The position numbers were made by a program, and so were the translations under genes. From Sphaerochaetaceae bacterium (lineage in GTDB: Bacteria; Bacteroidota; Bacteroidia; Bacteroidales; Bacteroidaceae), in assembly GCA_963660455.1 (NCBI GenBank), contig CAVKZC010000001.1, forward strand, positions 1 through 51,105: 51,105 bases of DNA. Direction: 5' to 3'. The notes below the pieces were generated by a model that ran no database searches, was not told the origin of the DNA, and saw nothing but the letters and a program-made list of their open reading frames with translations. This document shows positions 9,417-19,072 of the stretch, one piece after another (the stretch's first letter is position 1; the number at the start of each line of letters is the position of its first letter).

Positions 9417-11477
9417 TTAATTTTTCTTGAGCACCAGCGCCGTCCTTGCAGGCAAGTAAAGCTTGAGCCATTCCTTGCGGTCAGCAACGTAGACGGGGTC
9501 ATAGTTGGTAAGGTGCGTCATGCTGTCGTCATTGAATCCGTTGCCACCAAACACCTTGTTGTCAGAGTCGAGAACGATGCTGTATGCGCCGGTAGGCACT
9601 AGGAATCCGTAGTCGGTAAACGACTTTGTGGGCGAGAAGTTGAACACGAAGAGCAAGTCGCCCCTCATGAAGGCGAGCACCTGGTCGCCGTCGTTGTGCC
9701 ATATTTCCTGCACGGGAGTCTTGTTGAAGTTTTTCTCGCTTTTCACCACTTCGAGCATCGCTTTGTCGAAATCGCCCAAGTAGCAATAGCACAAGTCCTT
9801 ATTATCGACAAGGTTCCATTGTCTGCGTGCGTATTTATAGCTCCATCCATTGCCTTCGCGCGGGAAGTCAATCCACTCAGGATGTCCAAACTCATTGCCC
9901 ATAAAGTTGAGGTAACCGCCATTGATGGTAGACAGGGTAGCAAGCCTTATCATCTTGTGCAGGGCAATGCCTCTGTGCGCCATGTCGTTCTCGTCGCCCT
10001 TCTTGAAATGCCAGTACATGTCAGCATCGATCAGTCTGAAGATAATGGTCTTGTCGCCCACCAAAGCCTGGTCGTGGCTCTCGCAATAAGAGATAGTCTT
10101 CTCGTCGGCGCGTCGGTTCTTTATCTCCCAAAAGATGCTGCTCGGCTTCCACGCCTCGTCAGGCAGTTCCTTGATGGTCTTGATCCAATAGTCGGGAATG
10201 TTCATGGCCATACGGTAGTCGAATCCGTATCCGCCGTTTTCAAACTTGGCAGCCAGTCCCGGCATACCGCTCACCTCCTCGGCTATGGTGATGGCATTCT
10301 TGTTCACCTCATGAATGAGGCAGTTGGCCAGTGTAAGGTAGCAGATGGCATTGTCGTCTTCGTGTCCGTTGAAATAATCGCCGTATCCGCCAAACGCCTC
10401 ACCCAATCCGTGCGAGTAGTAAAGCATGGACGTGACCCCGTCAAAGCGGAAGCCGTCGAAATGGAACTCGCTGAGCCAATACTTGCAGTTGCTCAGCAGG
10501 AAGTGAATGACCTCGTCCTTGCCGTAGTCAAAGCAGAGGCTGTCCCATGCTGGATGTTCATGCCTGTCGCCCGGATAGAAATACTGGTTGGGGTCACCTG
10601 CAAGATTGCCGAGTCCCTCCACCTCATTCTTCACGGCGTGCGAGTGGACGATATCCATAATGACGGCAATGCCGTTTTGGTGTGCCGTGTCTATCAACTC
10701 TTTCAGTTCCTCAGGCGTGCCAAACCGGCTGCTTGCAGCAAAGAAGCTGCTAACGTGGTAACCGAACGATCCATAATAAGGATGTTCCTGTATGGCCATG
10801 ATCTGGATGCAGTTGTATCCGTCCTCAATGATACGTGGCAGCACATTGTCCTTGAATTCGCGGTAGGTCCCCACCTTCTCAGCGTCCTGTCCCATACCGA
10901 TGTGGCATTCGTAGATAAGCAGGGGGGAGGTATTGGCCTTGAAAGTCTTTTTCTTCCAAACATACGGTTCGGGGTTCCACACCTGTGCGGAGAAAATCTT
11001 TGTCACGTCGTCCTGCACCACGCGTTGCGCCCATGCCGGAATGCGTTCACCTTCTCCACCGTCCCAATGCACCTTCATCTTGTAGAGGTCGCCGTGCTTC
11101 AAGGCTTTCTCGGATAGTTTCAGTTCCCAGTTGCCCGAGTCACCGACACGCTTAGCGAGATACTTTGGCGATTCCTGCCATTCGTTGAAGTCACCGATGA
11201 GGTAGATAGCCGTAGCGTTGGGTGCCCACTCCCTGAACACCCATCCTCTTGCCGTCTTGTGTAGTCCGAAGTAGTTGTATCCGTTAGCGAAGTCGCTAAG
11301 TTTCTGCTTGCCGTTGCGCGTGAGTTGTCCGAGTTTCCACAGGGCATGGTCATGCCTGCCTCGGATAGCGTCCTCGTAAGGTTGCAGGTAAGCGTCGTTC
11401 TTTACTATTCCTATATGTTTGGGTGCGGCCACCTTCTTTGCAGAGGTTTTGCCGCTGGTTGTTTTCTTAGTTGCCAT
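9417..11477 (-). CDS. glgB: 1,4-alpha-glucan branching enzyme (GH13 with CBM48)
   Basis: FREWAPNA, YGSFGYHVSSFFA, catalytic FDGFRFDGVTSMLY, AEEVSGMP and ESHDQALVGDKT. Confidence 0.96.
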   Translation of the reverse strand: MATKKTTSGKTSAKKVAAPKHIGIVKNDAYLQPYEDAIRGRHDHALWKLGQLTRNGKQKLSDFANGYNYFGLHKTARGWVFREWAPNATAIYLIGDFNEWQESPKYLAKRVGDSGNWELKLSEKALKHGDLYKMKVHWDGGEGERIPAWAQRVVQDDVTKIFSAQVWNPEPYVWKKKTFKANTSPLLIYECHIGMGQDAEKVGTYREFKDNVLPRIIEDGYNCIQIMAIQEHPYYGSFGYHVSSFFAASSRFGTPEELKELIDTAHQNGIAVIMDIVHSHAVKNEVEGLGNLAGDPNQYFYPGDRHEHPAWDSLCFDYGKDEVIHFLLSNCKYWLSEFHFDGFRFDGVTSMLYYSHGLGEAFGGYGDYFNGHEDDNAICYLTLANCLIHEVNKNAITIAEEVSGMPGLAAKFENGGYGFDYRMAMNIPDYWIKTIKELPDEAWKPSSIFWEIKNRRADEKTISYCESHDQALVGDKTIIFRLIDADMYWHFKKGDENDMAHRGIALHKMIRLATLSTINGGYLNFMGNEFGHPEWIDFPREGNGWSYKYARRQWNLVDNKDLCYCYLGDFDKAMLEVVKSEKNFNKTPVQEIWHNDGDQVLAFMRGDLLFVFNFSPTKSFTDYGFLVPTGAYSIVLDSDNKVFGGNGFNDDSMTHLTNYDPVYVADRKEWLKLYLPARTALVLKKN

Positions 11478-11526
11478 AGGTTCATGATTTTAGACTGGTT
11501 GAGAAAAACGGACACACGGGGCTCGA

Positions 11527-11970
11527 CTACGCCTTTACCTTAAAGATAGCCTTGTGGATATCCCCCTGTCCGATGCAGGGCTGGTGTCCGTCTTGCGGAA
11601 AGAAGATGGCAAATTCGCCCGGGAGGCAAGTGACGTAAGCCGAAGCTACAGCGCCCGGATACTTTGTCACGTCCTTAGCCTCGTTGTATTCGGCCTCAGG
11701 CAACTTGGCCAAGGGCAGATAGCCGTACGTCTCCTCGTTGTCGAGGGGAATCTGGATGTCGAGCATGTTCTTGTGTGTTTCGAACACAGCTTCGTCCGCG
11801 GTCTTGCCGTGAGCAGTAGTGATATTTACGAACAAGTCGCTGCCCTTGATGGGATGCTTGCCATCCTCCAGCTCTTCAAGGTCGTTCGCCTTCAAGAATT
11901 CCACTACCTCAGCAAAGAGAGGATTGAGAGAAACGTATTTCTCAAGATTGTCTAATGTGTCTACTATCAT
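11527..11970 (-). CDS. YhcH/YjgK/YiaL family protein
   Basis: MIVDTL start, ETHKNMLDIQ and FAIFFPQDGHQP motifs. Confidence 0.9.
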   Translation of the reverse strand: MIVDTLDNLEKYVSLNPLFAEVVEFLKANDLEELEDGKHPIKGSDLFVNITTAHGKTADEAVFETHKNMLDIQIPLDNEETYGYLPLAKLPEAEYNEAKDVTKYPGAVASAYVTCLPGEFAIFFPQDGHQPCIGQGDIHKAIFKVKA

Positions 11971-12047
11971 AACTTCTTGTAATGTAGATTGTTTTTGTAT
12001 ATTTGATAAACTATATATTCAGCGTCTTTTAGTCCTTCTCCGCAACC

Positions 12048-13166
12048 TTAGTCTTCGAAGCGTTTACCCCTTTCGTAATATCCCTTGGCGGTCACTTGTC
12101 CGTTGCGGTCTTTCTCCACGAATTTTCCGTCGCGTATGTCCGAGACATAGGTACCCTCAAAGCGTTTGCCCTCTTTGGTCTCTTCGATGCACGCCCCTTC
12201 GCGTTTGCCCTTTCGGTAAGAGCCCTTGAATCGGTTTCCGTTGGCATAGTGTATGATGACTTCGCCGTCCACTACCCCGTTCTTGAACTCTCCCTCGTAC
12301 ACGTCACCGTTCTTCTTGGTCAGCTTTCCCCTGCCATTCTGCAGGTCGTCTTTCCAGGTTCCCACATAGATGTCGCCGTTCTTCCAGACGAAGGTACCCT
12401 GCCCCTCGCGCTGTCCCTCGCGGAACTGTCCCGTGTATTTGCTGCCCGTTGCCGACCGGAAGATGCCTTCACCCGTCCTTTCGCCCTGGATGTAGTCACC
12501 CTCGTACGAGTCGCCGTTATGGAAGCGGTAGATACCCTTTCCGTCCTGAATGTCGTCTTTCCAGTCGCCCACATAGGTATCACCGTCGGCATACTTGAAC
12601 GTACCCTTTCCCGAGCGCTGGTTATCCTTCCAGTTGCCGTCATAGGTAGTGCCGTCTCCCCAGTTGAAGAATCCGTTCCCGTTCTTCATGTCGTTCATCC
12701 ACTGTCCGCGGTAGAAAGCCCCTCCAGCGTAAGTGTAGGTACCCCTACCCTGTCGCTTGTCCTTATACCAGTCGCCGTCATACTTGTCACCGTTGTAGTA
12801 GAACATGATGCCGTGTCCGTGCTGATAGTCTCTGAACCAGAGCCCTACATACTTGTTGTTGTTCTGGAAGTAATAGGTGCCCTTTCCGTGCTGCTGGTCC
12901 TGCATCCATTGGCCTTCGTATTTCTCGCCGTCGGCAAACGTATACACCCCATAGCCCTCGCGTTTTCCTTTCAGATAATTGCCTTCGTAGGTGTCACCGT
13001 TAGGGAAGACGGTAGCCCCTTTGCCGTTGGGTTTTCCGCTCACCATCTCGCCCTTGTACTGCCCTCCGTCACGCGTGGTACACGACCCGAGTGATATTTT
13101 CTGTGCCTGGACGGTAAGCGGCAAGAGGAGCAGAAGAAAAATGGATATTCTATTTTTATGGTTCAT
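12048..13166 (-). CDS. Exported MORN-repeat protein
   Basis: Signal peptide, then about 14 tandem 23-aa YxGxWxxDxxxGxGxYxxxxGDx repeats. Confidence 0.92.
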   Translation of the reverse strand: MNHKNRISIFLLLLLPLTVQAQKISLGSCTTRDGGQYKGEMVSGKPNGKGATVFPNGDTYEGNYLKGKREGYGVYTFADGEKYEGQWMQDQQHGKGTYYFQNNNKYVGLWFRDYQHGHGIMFYYNGDKYDGDWYKDKRQGRGTYTYAGGAFYRGQWMNDMKNGNGFFNWGDGTTYDGNWKDNQRSGKGTFKYADGDTYVGDWKDDIQDGKGIYRFHNGDSYEGDYIQGERTGEGIFRSATGSKYTGQFREGQREGQGTFVWKNGDIYVGTWKDDLQNGRGKLTKKNGDVYEGEFKNGVVDGEVIIHYANGNRFKGSYRKGKREGACIEETKEGKRFEGTYVSDIRDGKFVEKDRNGQVTAKGYYERGKRFED

Positions 13167-13191
13167 TATGGTCTTCTTTTGTATCGATTTT

Positions 13192-13222
13192 CAAAGTTAT
13201 GCAATTTCCGGCAAACATCAAA
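13192..13222 (-). promoter_or_regulatory. Promoter for the MORN gene and downstream genes
   Basis: TTTG (13222-13219), 19 nt spacer, TAACTTTG (13199-13192). Confidence 0.6.
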
Positions 13223-13283
13223 ATAGATTAAGCATATTTAAGGCGAGTGTCGGTAAATTCCACACTTTTTAAAACGGGCGGGC

Positions 13284-14066
13284 CTATTCCGTCACTATCT
13301 GCATTCCGTCATAGCCGAAATGGAATCCCTCGGGCAGACGGCTTTCGGCATCGTCGTGCAATCCGATGTCGTGCGTCACGTGTATGAAGTAGACACGCTT
13401 CGCCCCTACCCTGCGTGCAAAACTTATGGCATCGTCCACCAACTGATGACTGTGGTGTGGCCTGTCAAAGCGCAGCGCGTTGACCACCAGCGTTTCCACG
13501 CCACGCAGGTAGGGCATCTCTTCCTCGGGCATGTATTTCATGTCGGTGATATAGGCAAAGTTGCCAAACCTGTATCCCAGGATAGGCATTTTGTCGTGCA
13601 TCACGCGGATGGGCATCCATTCTATGTCGCCCGTCGTGTACGTTTCATGCGGCTCGACGAGGTGCAGACTCAGTTTGGGCGCCCCGGGGTAGAGCAGTTC
13701 CGGTGCCGAAGGAAAGCAGTAGGGCATGGTTCTCGGGAGCGATTTTACTACCGTTTCGTCGCCGTAGACATCGATGTCGCCGAAGACACAGAAGCCGCGT
13801 AGGTCGTCTATACCCCCTACGTGGTCATAGTGAATGTGTGTGAGTAGCACACCGTCCAGCCGCCGGAACGGTTGTCGCAGCAACTGCATGCGAATATCGG
13901 GACCGGCATCTATCAGCAGGCGTGTGTGCTCCGTTTCCACCATGGCAGCACACCGCAGGCGGTTGTCGTGCGGGTCATGGCTGCGGCAAACGTCGCATTG
14001 GCATCCCAGCACAGGCACCCCGCTCGACGTTCCCGTGCCCAAAAGCGTAACTCTTATCCTCGTCAT
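13284..14066 (-). CDS. MBL-fold metallo-hydrolase (PhnP-like)
   Basis: LGTGTSSGVP..GCQCDVC and THIHYDHVGG (HxHxDH). Confidence 0.92.
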   Translation of the reverse strand: MTRIRVTLLGTGTSSGVPVLGCQCDVCRSHDPHDNRLRCAAMVETEHTRLLIDAGPDIRMQLLRQPFRRLDGVLLTHIHYDHVGGIDDLRGFCVFGDIDVYGDETVVKSLPRTMPYCFPSAPELLYPGAPKLSLHLVEPHETYTTGDIEWMPIRVMHDKMPILGYRFGNFAYITDMKYMPEEEMPYLRGVETLVVNALRFDRPHHSHQLVDDAISFARRVGAKRVYFIHVTHDIGLHDDAESRLPEGFHFGYDGMQIVTE

Positions 14067-14093
14067 CTGCTCATTTTTTTCATCCGTTAGGGG

Positions 14094-15110
14094 TTATCTG
14101 ATGTTTACTTCGGGCAATATTTCGATGCCGAATTTTTCATGGACATCCTTCTGTATGGCCTTGCACAACTTCACCACGTCGTTGCCCGTAGCCCCGCCAC
14201 GGTTAACGAGCACGAGTGCCTGCTTGGCATACACCCCAGCCCGGCCGAGGCTCTTGCCCTTCCAGCCGCACTGCTCTATCATCCATCCGGCAGGTATCTT
14301 TTCGCGGTTGTCGTCCACCTTGTAGTGGGGCATCTGCGGATATACCCGTGCCAGCGACACATACTTGCTACGCGGCACGATGGGGTTCATAAAGAAGCTG
14401 CCCGCATTGCCTTCCTCCTTAGGGTCGGGCAGTTTCGCCTTGCGTATGCTGATGATGGCATCGCGCAACTGGCGTGGCGTAGGACAGCCGATGCCGTCCT
14501 TTTCGAGCCAAGCCCTTATGTTGCCGTAGTCGAGATGCGGGCAGAACTGGCGGCTCAGCCTATAGACGACGCGCGTGATGAGGTACCTGTCCTTCCATTC
14601 CTTCTTGAAGATGCTCTGGCGGTAACCGTACTCACAATCGGCATTGTCAAAGCTCCGCGTTTCGCCCGTGGCTATCTCCACCGCCTCCACCTTATATATA
14701 ATGTCTTTGGCCTCGGAGCCATAAGCACCGATGTTCTGCACCGCACTTGCCCCTACCTCACCGGGGATGAGCGAGAGGTTTTCCGCCCCATACCATCCAT
14801 TCCCCACCGCATAGTCTACGATGTCGTCGAAGATCTCACCGCTTCCGCACGTCAGCAGCACAAACCCGTCATGGGTGTCCACGCATTCGATGCCGCGCAA
14901 GCCGCTGTGTACCACGGTACCGGGGAAATCGGCCGTGAGCAACAGGTTGCTGCCGCTGCCCACTACGATGTAGGGGTTGCCCTCATTGGCAAGGATGGCG
15001 GCCACCCGCTGGGCTTCCTCCACGCTGGCGTATTCCAAGAAACGGCAGCACTTGGCCTCTATGCCGAAAGTGTTGTGTGCCAGAAGGCTATAGTCAGTAA
15101 AGTCTTTCAT
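14094..15110 (-). CDS. murB: UDP-N-acetylenolpyruvoylglucosamine reductase
   Basis: GSGSNLL, IPGEVGASAVQNIGAYG, YRQSIFK, GNAGSFFMNP, QALVLVN, PEVN. Confidence 0.97.
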   Translation of the reverse strand: MKDFTDYSLLAHNTFGIEAKCCRFLEYASVEEAQRVAAILANEGNPYIVVGSGSNLLLTADFPGTVVHSGLRGIECVDTHDGFVLLTCGSGEIFDDIVDYAVGNGWYGAENLSLIPGEVGASAVQNIGAYGSEAKDIIYKVEAVEIATGETRSFDNADCEYGYRQSIFKKEWKDRYLITRVVYRLSRQFCPHLDYGNIRAWLEKDGIGCPTPRQLRDAIISIRKAKLPDPKEEGNAGSFFMNPIVPRSKYVSLARVYPQMPHYKVDDNREKIPAGWMIEQCGWKGKSLGRAGVYAKQALVLVNRGGATGNDVVKLCKAIQKDVHEKFGIEILPEVNIR

Positions 15111-15133
15111 GTCTTATGGGGGGGGGTGCCGTT

Positions 15134-15991
15134 TTACATATTCAGTTTGGTAAGCATCCATTTGCCGTCCTTCCTGCGGAAGGTCAGCTCCGTCTCCAGT
15201 CCGTTGGCGATGCCGCGTATGACAAACACCTTGAGGTTGCTTTCCGTGTATTTCTGTCCGTAGAGGATGTTGTAGATCATGCCGTGCGGCAACTTGGGCG
15301 CGAATGCCGGCCACGTCTCGGGTTCGATGTCGCCTGTCATGGTGCCGAAGTCATCGTCCGGGTCAGGACCTATAAACTTCACGGGGTTGTGCAGGTGCTC
15401 CGACTGGAAGGCGGAGTCGGTGGCAAATTTGTCGTAGAACTTCAAGAAGCTGGCGTTCTGGTTGACGTACATCGGCTTGTATTGTATGGATGTCATCATC
15501 CACAGGCCGTCCATACGGTCGAACACAAACTGCTGTACCGTCTTGTTCTTAAAGAACACCTTCTCCACCACCACATGACTGATGGTAGTGTCCTTCACCA
15601 GGTTCATCTGCCGCTGGTTGTCAAAGATAAGCGTATAGTAGTCTTGCCGCATGAAGAACCGCTCCATGCGCCACTGCCCTTTCTCTATCTGTTTCACCAT
15701 CTTGTCGCCACGGTATACGGGCAGCGGAAACTTGATGCGTTTGAACTGCAGTTTGCGGTTAGCGGCAAAGTTGAACACGAAGTCGTCGAACAGTTCGTCG
15801 GCGGCCTTTGGCATTGGCGTCTCGGCAATCAGGGCATCAGCCGAATCAGCCGCTGCCGTGTCTGCCACTACGGAGTCCACTACTGTAGAGTCTTGGCTTG
15901 CCGTACCCTTCTTGTCTGTGCACCCGGTGGCAAACATCCCGGCCGTGACAGACAGCGCCACCATGTAGGGCGCAAAGGAAAGATTTTTCAT
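15134..15991 (-). CDS. Lipoprotein (DUF4348-like)
   Basis: Lipobox FATG-C, then ADELFDDFVFNF and Q..RIKFPL, as in Bacteroidota DUF4348 proteins. Confidence 0.75.
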   Translation of the reverse strand: MKNLSFAPYMVALSVTAGMFATGCTDKKGTASQDSTVVDSVVADTAAADSADALIAETPMPKAADELFDDFVFNFAANRKLQFKRIKFPLPVYRGDKMVKQIEKGQWRMERFFMRQDYYTLIFDNQRQMNLVKDTTISHVVVEKVFFKNKTVQQFVFDRMDGLWMMTSIQYKPMYVNQNASFLKFYDKFATDSAFQSEHLHNPVKFIGPDPDDDFGTMTGDIEPETWPAFAPKLPHGMIYNILYGQKYTESNLKVFVIRGIANGLETELTFRRKDGKWMLTKLNM

Positions 15992-16023
15992 AATCCCTAC
16001 CTCTATTTCTCTGTTTTTGATTG

Positions 16024-16081
16024 CAAAAGTACATATTTCTTTTGAGATATTTCCTTTTTCGGGCGAAAAATATTACCTTTG
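16024..16081. promoter_or_regulatory. Back-to-back -7 boxes for the lipoprotein-murB operon (minus) and pheS (plus)
   Basis: Minus TACTTTTG (16031-16024); plus TACCTTTG (16074-16081). Confidence 0.65.
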
Positions 16082-16178
16082 CACGCAAAAGTAAGCAAGA
16101 CGGGAACGAGCGAAGCGCATCGCGTGCAGTATGCCCTATCCCGACACCGGCAAGCAGAATAAAAGTAATAAAAAATAT

Positions 16179-17219
16179 ATGTTGTTAGAGAAAATAGAAA
16201 ACCTCCTCAAGGAGGTGAGCACGCTCACGGCAAAGAATGCCGAAGAGGTGGAACAACTGCGACTGAAGTATCTGAGCAAAAAGGGCGAGATCAATGCCCT
16301 CATGAACGATTTCCGTACGGTGGCAGCCGACCAGAAGAAGGCGGTGGGCATTAAGATCAACGAACTGAAGCAGACCGCACAGGACAAAATCAGCAGTCTG
16401 AAGGAACAGATGGCGAGTGCCGAGACATCCGGCGACGACATCGACCTCACGCGTACCCCCTACCCCGTGGCATTGGGTACGCGCCATCCGCTCACCGTCG
16501 TGAAGAACCAGATCATAGACATCTTCTCGCGCATGGGGTTCACCCTTTACCACGGTCCCGAGGTAGACGATGACAAGCACGTGTTCACCATGCTCAACTT
16601 TGCCGCCGACCATCCTGCCCGCGACATGCAGGACACCTTCTTCATAGAGCAGAGCGACCCCGGCGACGTTACCAAGAACATCCTGCTGCGCAGCCATACC
16701 TCCGGCGACGAGGCCCACTACATGGAGACCCACGAGCCGCCCATCCGTGTGCTCTGCCCCGGGCGAGTCTATCGCAACGAGGCCATCAGTGCGCGTGCCC
16801 ACTGCTTCTTCCACCAGGTGGAGGGCCTCTATGTCGACAAGAACGTGAGCTTCACCGACCTGAAGCAGGTGCTCCTTACCTTCGCACGCGAGATGTTCGG
16901 TGCCGACACCAAGATACGCCTCCGCCCCAGCTACTTCCCCTTCACCGAGCCGAGTGCCGAGATGGACATCTCCTGCAACATCTGCGGCGGCAAGGGCTGC
17001 AACTTCTGCAAACATACGGGATGGGTTGAGATTCTGGGATGCGGAATGGTAGACCCCCACGACCTCGAGGCTTGCGGCATCGACAGCAATGTCTATACGG
17101 GATACGCCTTCGGCATGGGTGTGGAGCGCATCACCAACCTCAAGTACCGCGTGAGCGACTTGCGTCTCTTTTCGGAGAACGACACCAGGTTCCTGCGCGA
17201 GTTCGAATCGGCCAAATAG
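16179..17219 (+). CDS. pheS: Phenylalanyl-tRNA synthetase alpha subunit (start likely 16179)
   Basis: HPARDMQDTF, PGRVYRNE, FHQVEG, RPSYFPFTEPS, GYAFGMGVER. Confidence 0.98.
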   Translation: MLLEKIENLLKEVSTLTAKNAEEVEQLRLKYLSKKGEINALMNDFRTVAADQKKAVGIKINELKQTAQDKISSLKEQMASAETSGDDIDLTRTPYPVALGTRHPLTVVKNQIIDIFSRMGFTLYHGPEVDDDKHVFTMLNFAADHPARDMQDTFFIEQSDPGDVTKNILLRSHTSGDEAHYMETHEPPIRVLCPGRVYRNEAISARAHCFFHQVEGLYVDKNVSFTDLKQVLLTFAREMFGADTKIRLRPSYFPFTEPSAEMDISCNICGGKGCNFCKHTGWVEILGCGMVDPHDLEACGIDSNVYTGYAFGMGVERITNLKYRVSDLRLFSENDTRFLREFESAK

Positions 17220-17235
17220 CACAATGCATACATCT

Positions 17236-17278
17236 CTCCCGACAGCAGCAAAGAGACATTGCTTCTGCCGGGAGTTTT
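17236..17278 (+). terminator. Possible intrinsic terminator after pheS
   Basis: Imperfect stem CTCCCG..AGCAA / TTGCT..CGGGAG followed by TTTT. Confidence 0.4.
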
Positions 17279-17349
17279 GATTTGACGCCCGCCACCAAAC
17301 CGGGCACAGACGACAAAACATACAAGAACATTATACATCACATCATTAT

Positions 17350-19014
17350 ATGCTGACAGACATAGAAATAGCCAAACAGACCCCCTTGCGCCCCATCAAC
17401 GAGATAGCCGCCGAAATGGGGATAGCAGAAGAACAAGTGGAGAACTACGGCAAGTACATTGCCAAGATAAGCCTCGGGCGCATAGACCGCAGCCGTTTCC
17501 AGGGCCATCACCTCGTCCTCGTCACCGCCATCAGTCCCACCAAGGCCGGCAACGGCAAGACCACAGTCTCGGTAGGCCTCGCCCTGGGCATGCAGAAGAT
17601 AGGCAAGAACGCTGTTGTAGCCCTGCGCGAGCCTTCTCTGGGCCCGTGCTTCGGCATGAAGGGAGGCGCAGCCGGAGGCGGTTACGCCCAAGTGCTCCCC
17701 ATGGAGAAGATCAACCTCCACTTCACGGGCGACTTCCATGCCATCACCGAAGCCAACAACATGATATCGGCACTCCTCGACAACTACCGTTTCCAGCATG
17801 AGGCCGACGGTTTTAAGCTCAAGAAGATATTGTGGCGTCGCGTCATGGACGTGAACGACCGCGGCCTGCGCCGCATCATCACCGGCCTGGGCCCCAAGGA
17901 CGGCATCGAGACAGAGTCGGGCTTCGACATCACGCCAGCCTCCGAAATCATGGCCATCATGTGCTTCGCCACCAGCGTGGATGACCTGCGACGCCGCATC
18001 GACAACATCCTGCTGGGCATCACCGACGACGACAAGCCCTTCCGTGTCAAGGACATGGGTGTGGGCGGCAGCATCGTGGCCCTACTGCTCGACGCGCTCA
18101 AGCCCAACCTCGTGCAGACCACCGAGGGCACTCCCGCCTTCGTCCACTGCGGTCCGTTTGCCAATATCGCCCACGGCTGCAACTCGGTGATGGCTACCGC
18201 CGCAGCATTGCAGTATGGCGACTACGCCATCACAGAAGCCGGATTCGGTGCCGACCTCGGAGCAGAGAAGTTCTACGACATCAAGTGCCGCAAGACGGGT
18301 CTGCAGCCCGACCTCACCGTGCTTGTCGTCACCCTCCAGGCGCTGAAGATGCACGGTGGCGTGGCACAGGAAGACATCAAGGCCCCCAACGTGGAGGGCA
18401 TGCAGAACGGATACTGGAACCTGGACAAGCACGTAAGGAACCTCCAGCACTTCGGCCAGACGGTCGTCATCGCCTTCAACCGCTTTGCCACAGACACCGA
18501 CGAGGAGATAGACGTGCTGCGCCGCCACTGCGAAGAACTGGGTTGCGGCTTTGCTGTGAACAGCGCTTTTGCCGAGGGCGGCAACGGAGCGGTAGACCTC
18601 GCCCGCCTGGTAGTGAAAACCATCGACGAGAAACCCTCTGCCCCACTCCACTTCGCCTATGATGACGACGCCCCCGTGGTGGAAAAGATCGAGCGAGTGG
18701 CCAAGGACCTCTATGGAGCCGGAAGCGTGACGCTGAGCGAGAGTGCAGAGGCCATGCTCGCGGAGATCGAGAAGCTGGGCGCCAGCCGCTTCCCCGTCTG
18801 CATCGCCAAGACGCAGTACAGCTTCTCCACCGACGCCAAGGCATACGGCCCTACCGACGGCTTCGAGCTACATGTGCGCGACATCACGCTGAACATGGGT
18901 GCCGAGATGATCGTCGTCATCGCCGGTCCCATCATGCGCATGCCCGGACTCCCCAAGTCGCCGCAGGCTGAGCGCATCGACGTGGTGGACGGCGAGATAA
19001 CAGGACTCTCCTGA
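17350..19014 (+). CDS. fhs: Formate-tetrahydrofolate ligase
   Basis: [59 protein letters not shown]. Confidence 0.97.
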   Translation: MLTDIEIAKQTPLRPINEIAAEMGIAEEQVENYGKYIAKISLGRIDRSRFQGHHLVLVTAISPTKAGNGKTTVSVGLALGMQKIGKNAVVALREPSLGPCFGMKGGAAGGGYAQVLPMEKINLHFTGDFHAITEANNMISALLDNYRFQHEADGFKLKKILWRRVMDVNDRGLRRIITGLGPKDGIETESGFDITPASEIMAIMCFATSVDDLRRRIDNILLGITDDDKPFRVKDMGVGGSIVALLLDALKPNLVQTTEGTPAFVHCGPFANIAHGCNSVMATAAALQYGDYAITEAGFGADLGAEKFYDIKCRKTGLQPDLTVLVVTLQALKMHGGVAQEDIKAPNVEGMQNGYWNLDKHVRNLQHFGQTVVIAFNRFATDTDEEIDVLRRHCEELGCGFAVNSAFAEGGNGAVDLARLVVKTIDEKPSAPLHFAYDDDAPVVEKIERVAKDLYGAGSVTLSESAEAMLAEIEKLGASRFPVCIAKTQYSFSTDAKAYGPTDGFELHVRDITLNMGAEMIVVIAGPIMRMPGLPKSPQAERIDVVDGEITGLS

Positions 19015-19072
19015 TCCCCCCGCGGCAGCATACACCCTTTTATTCATCCGACAAGTAAAACCCTACACACAC

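Noticed and set aside
12100..13070. 69-bp periodic DNA repeat
   Set aside because: Fully explained by the MORN protein repeats
17220..17349. ZTP or THF riboswitch upstream of fhs
   Set aside because: Hairpins are present but I could not match the conserved cores of either class; a cmscan run would be decisive
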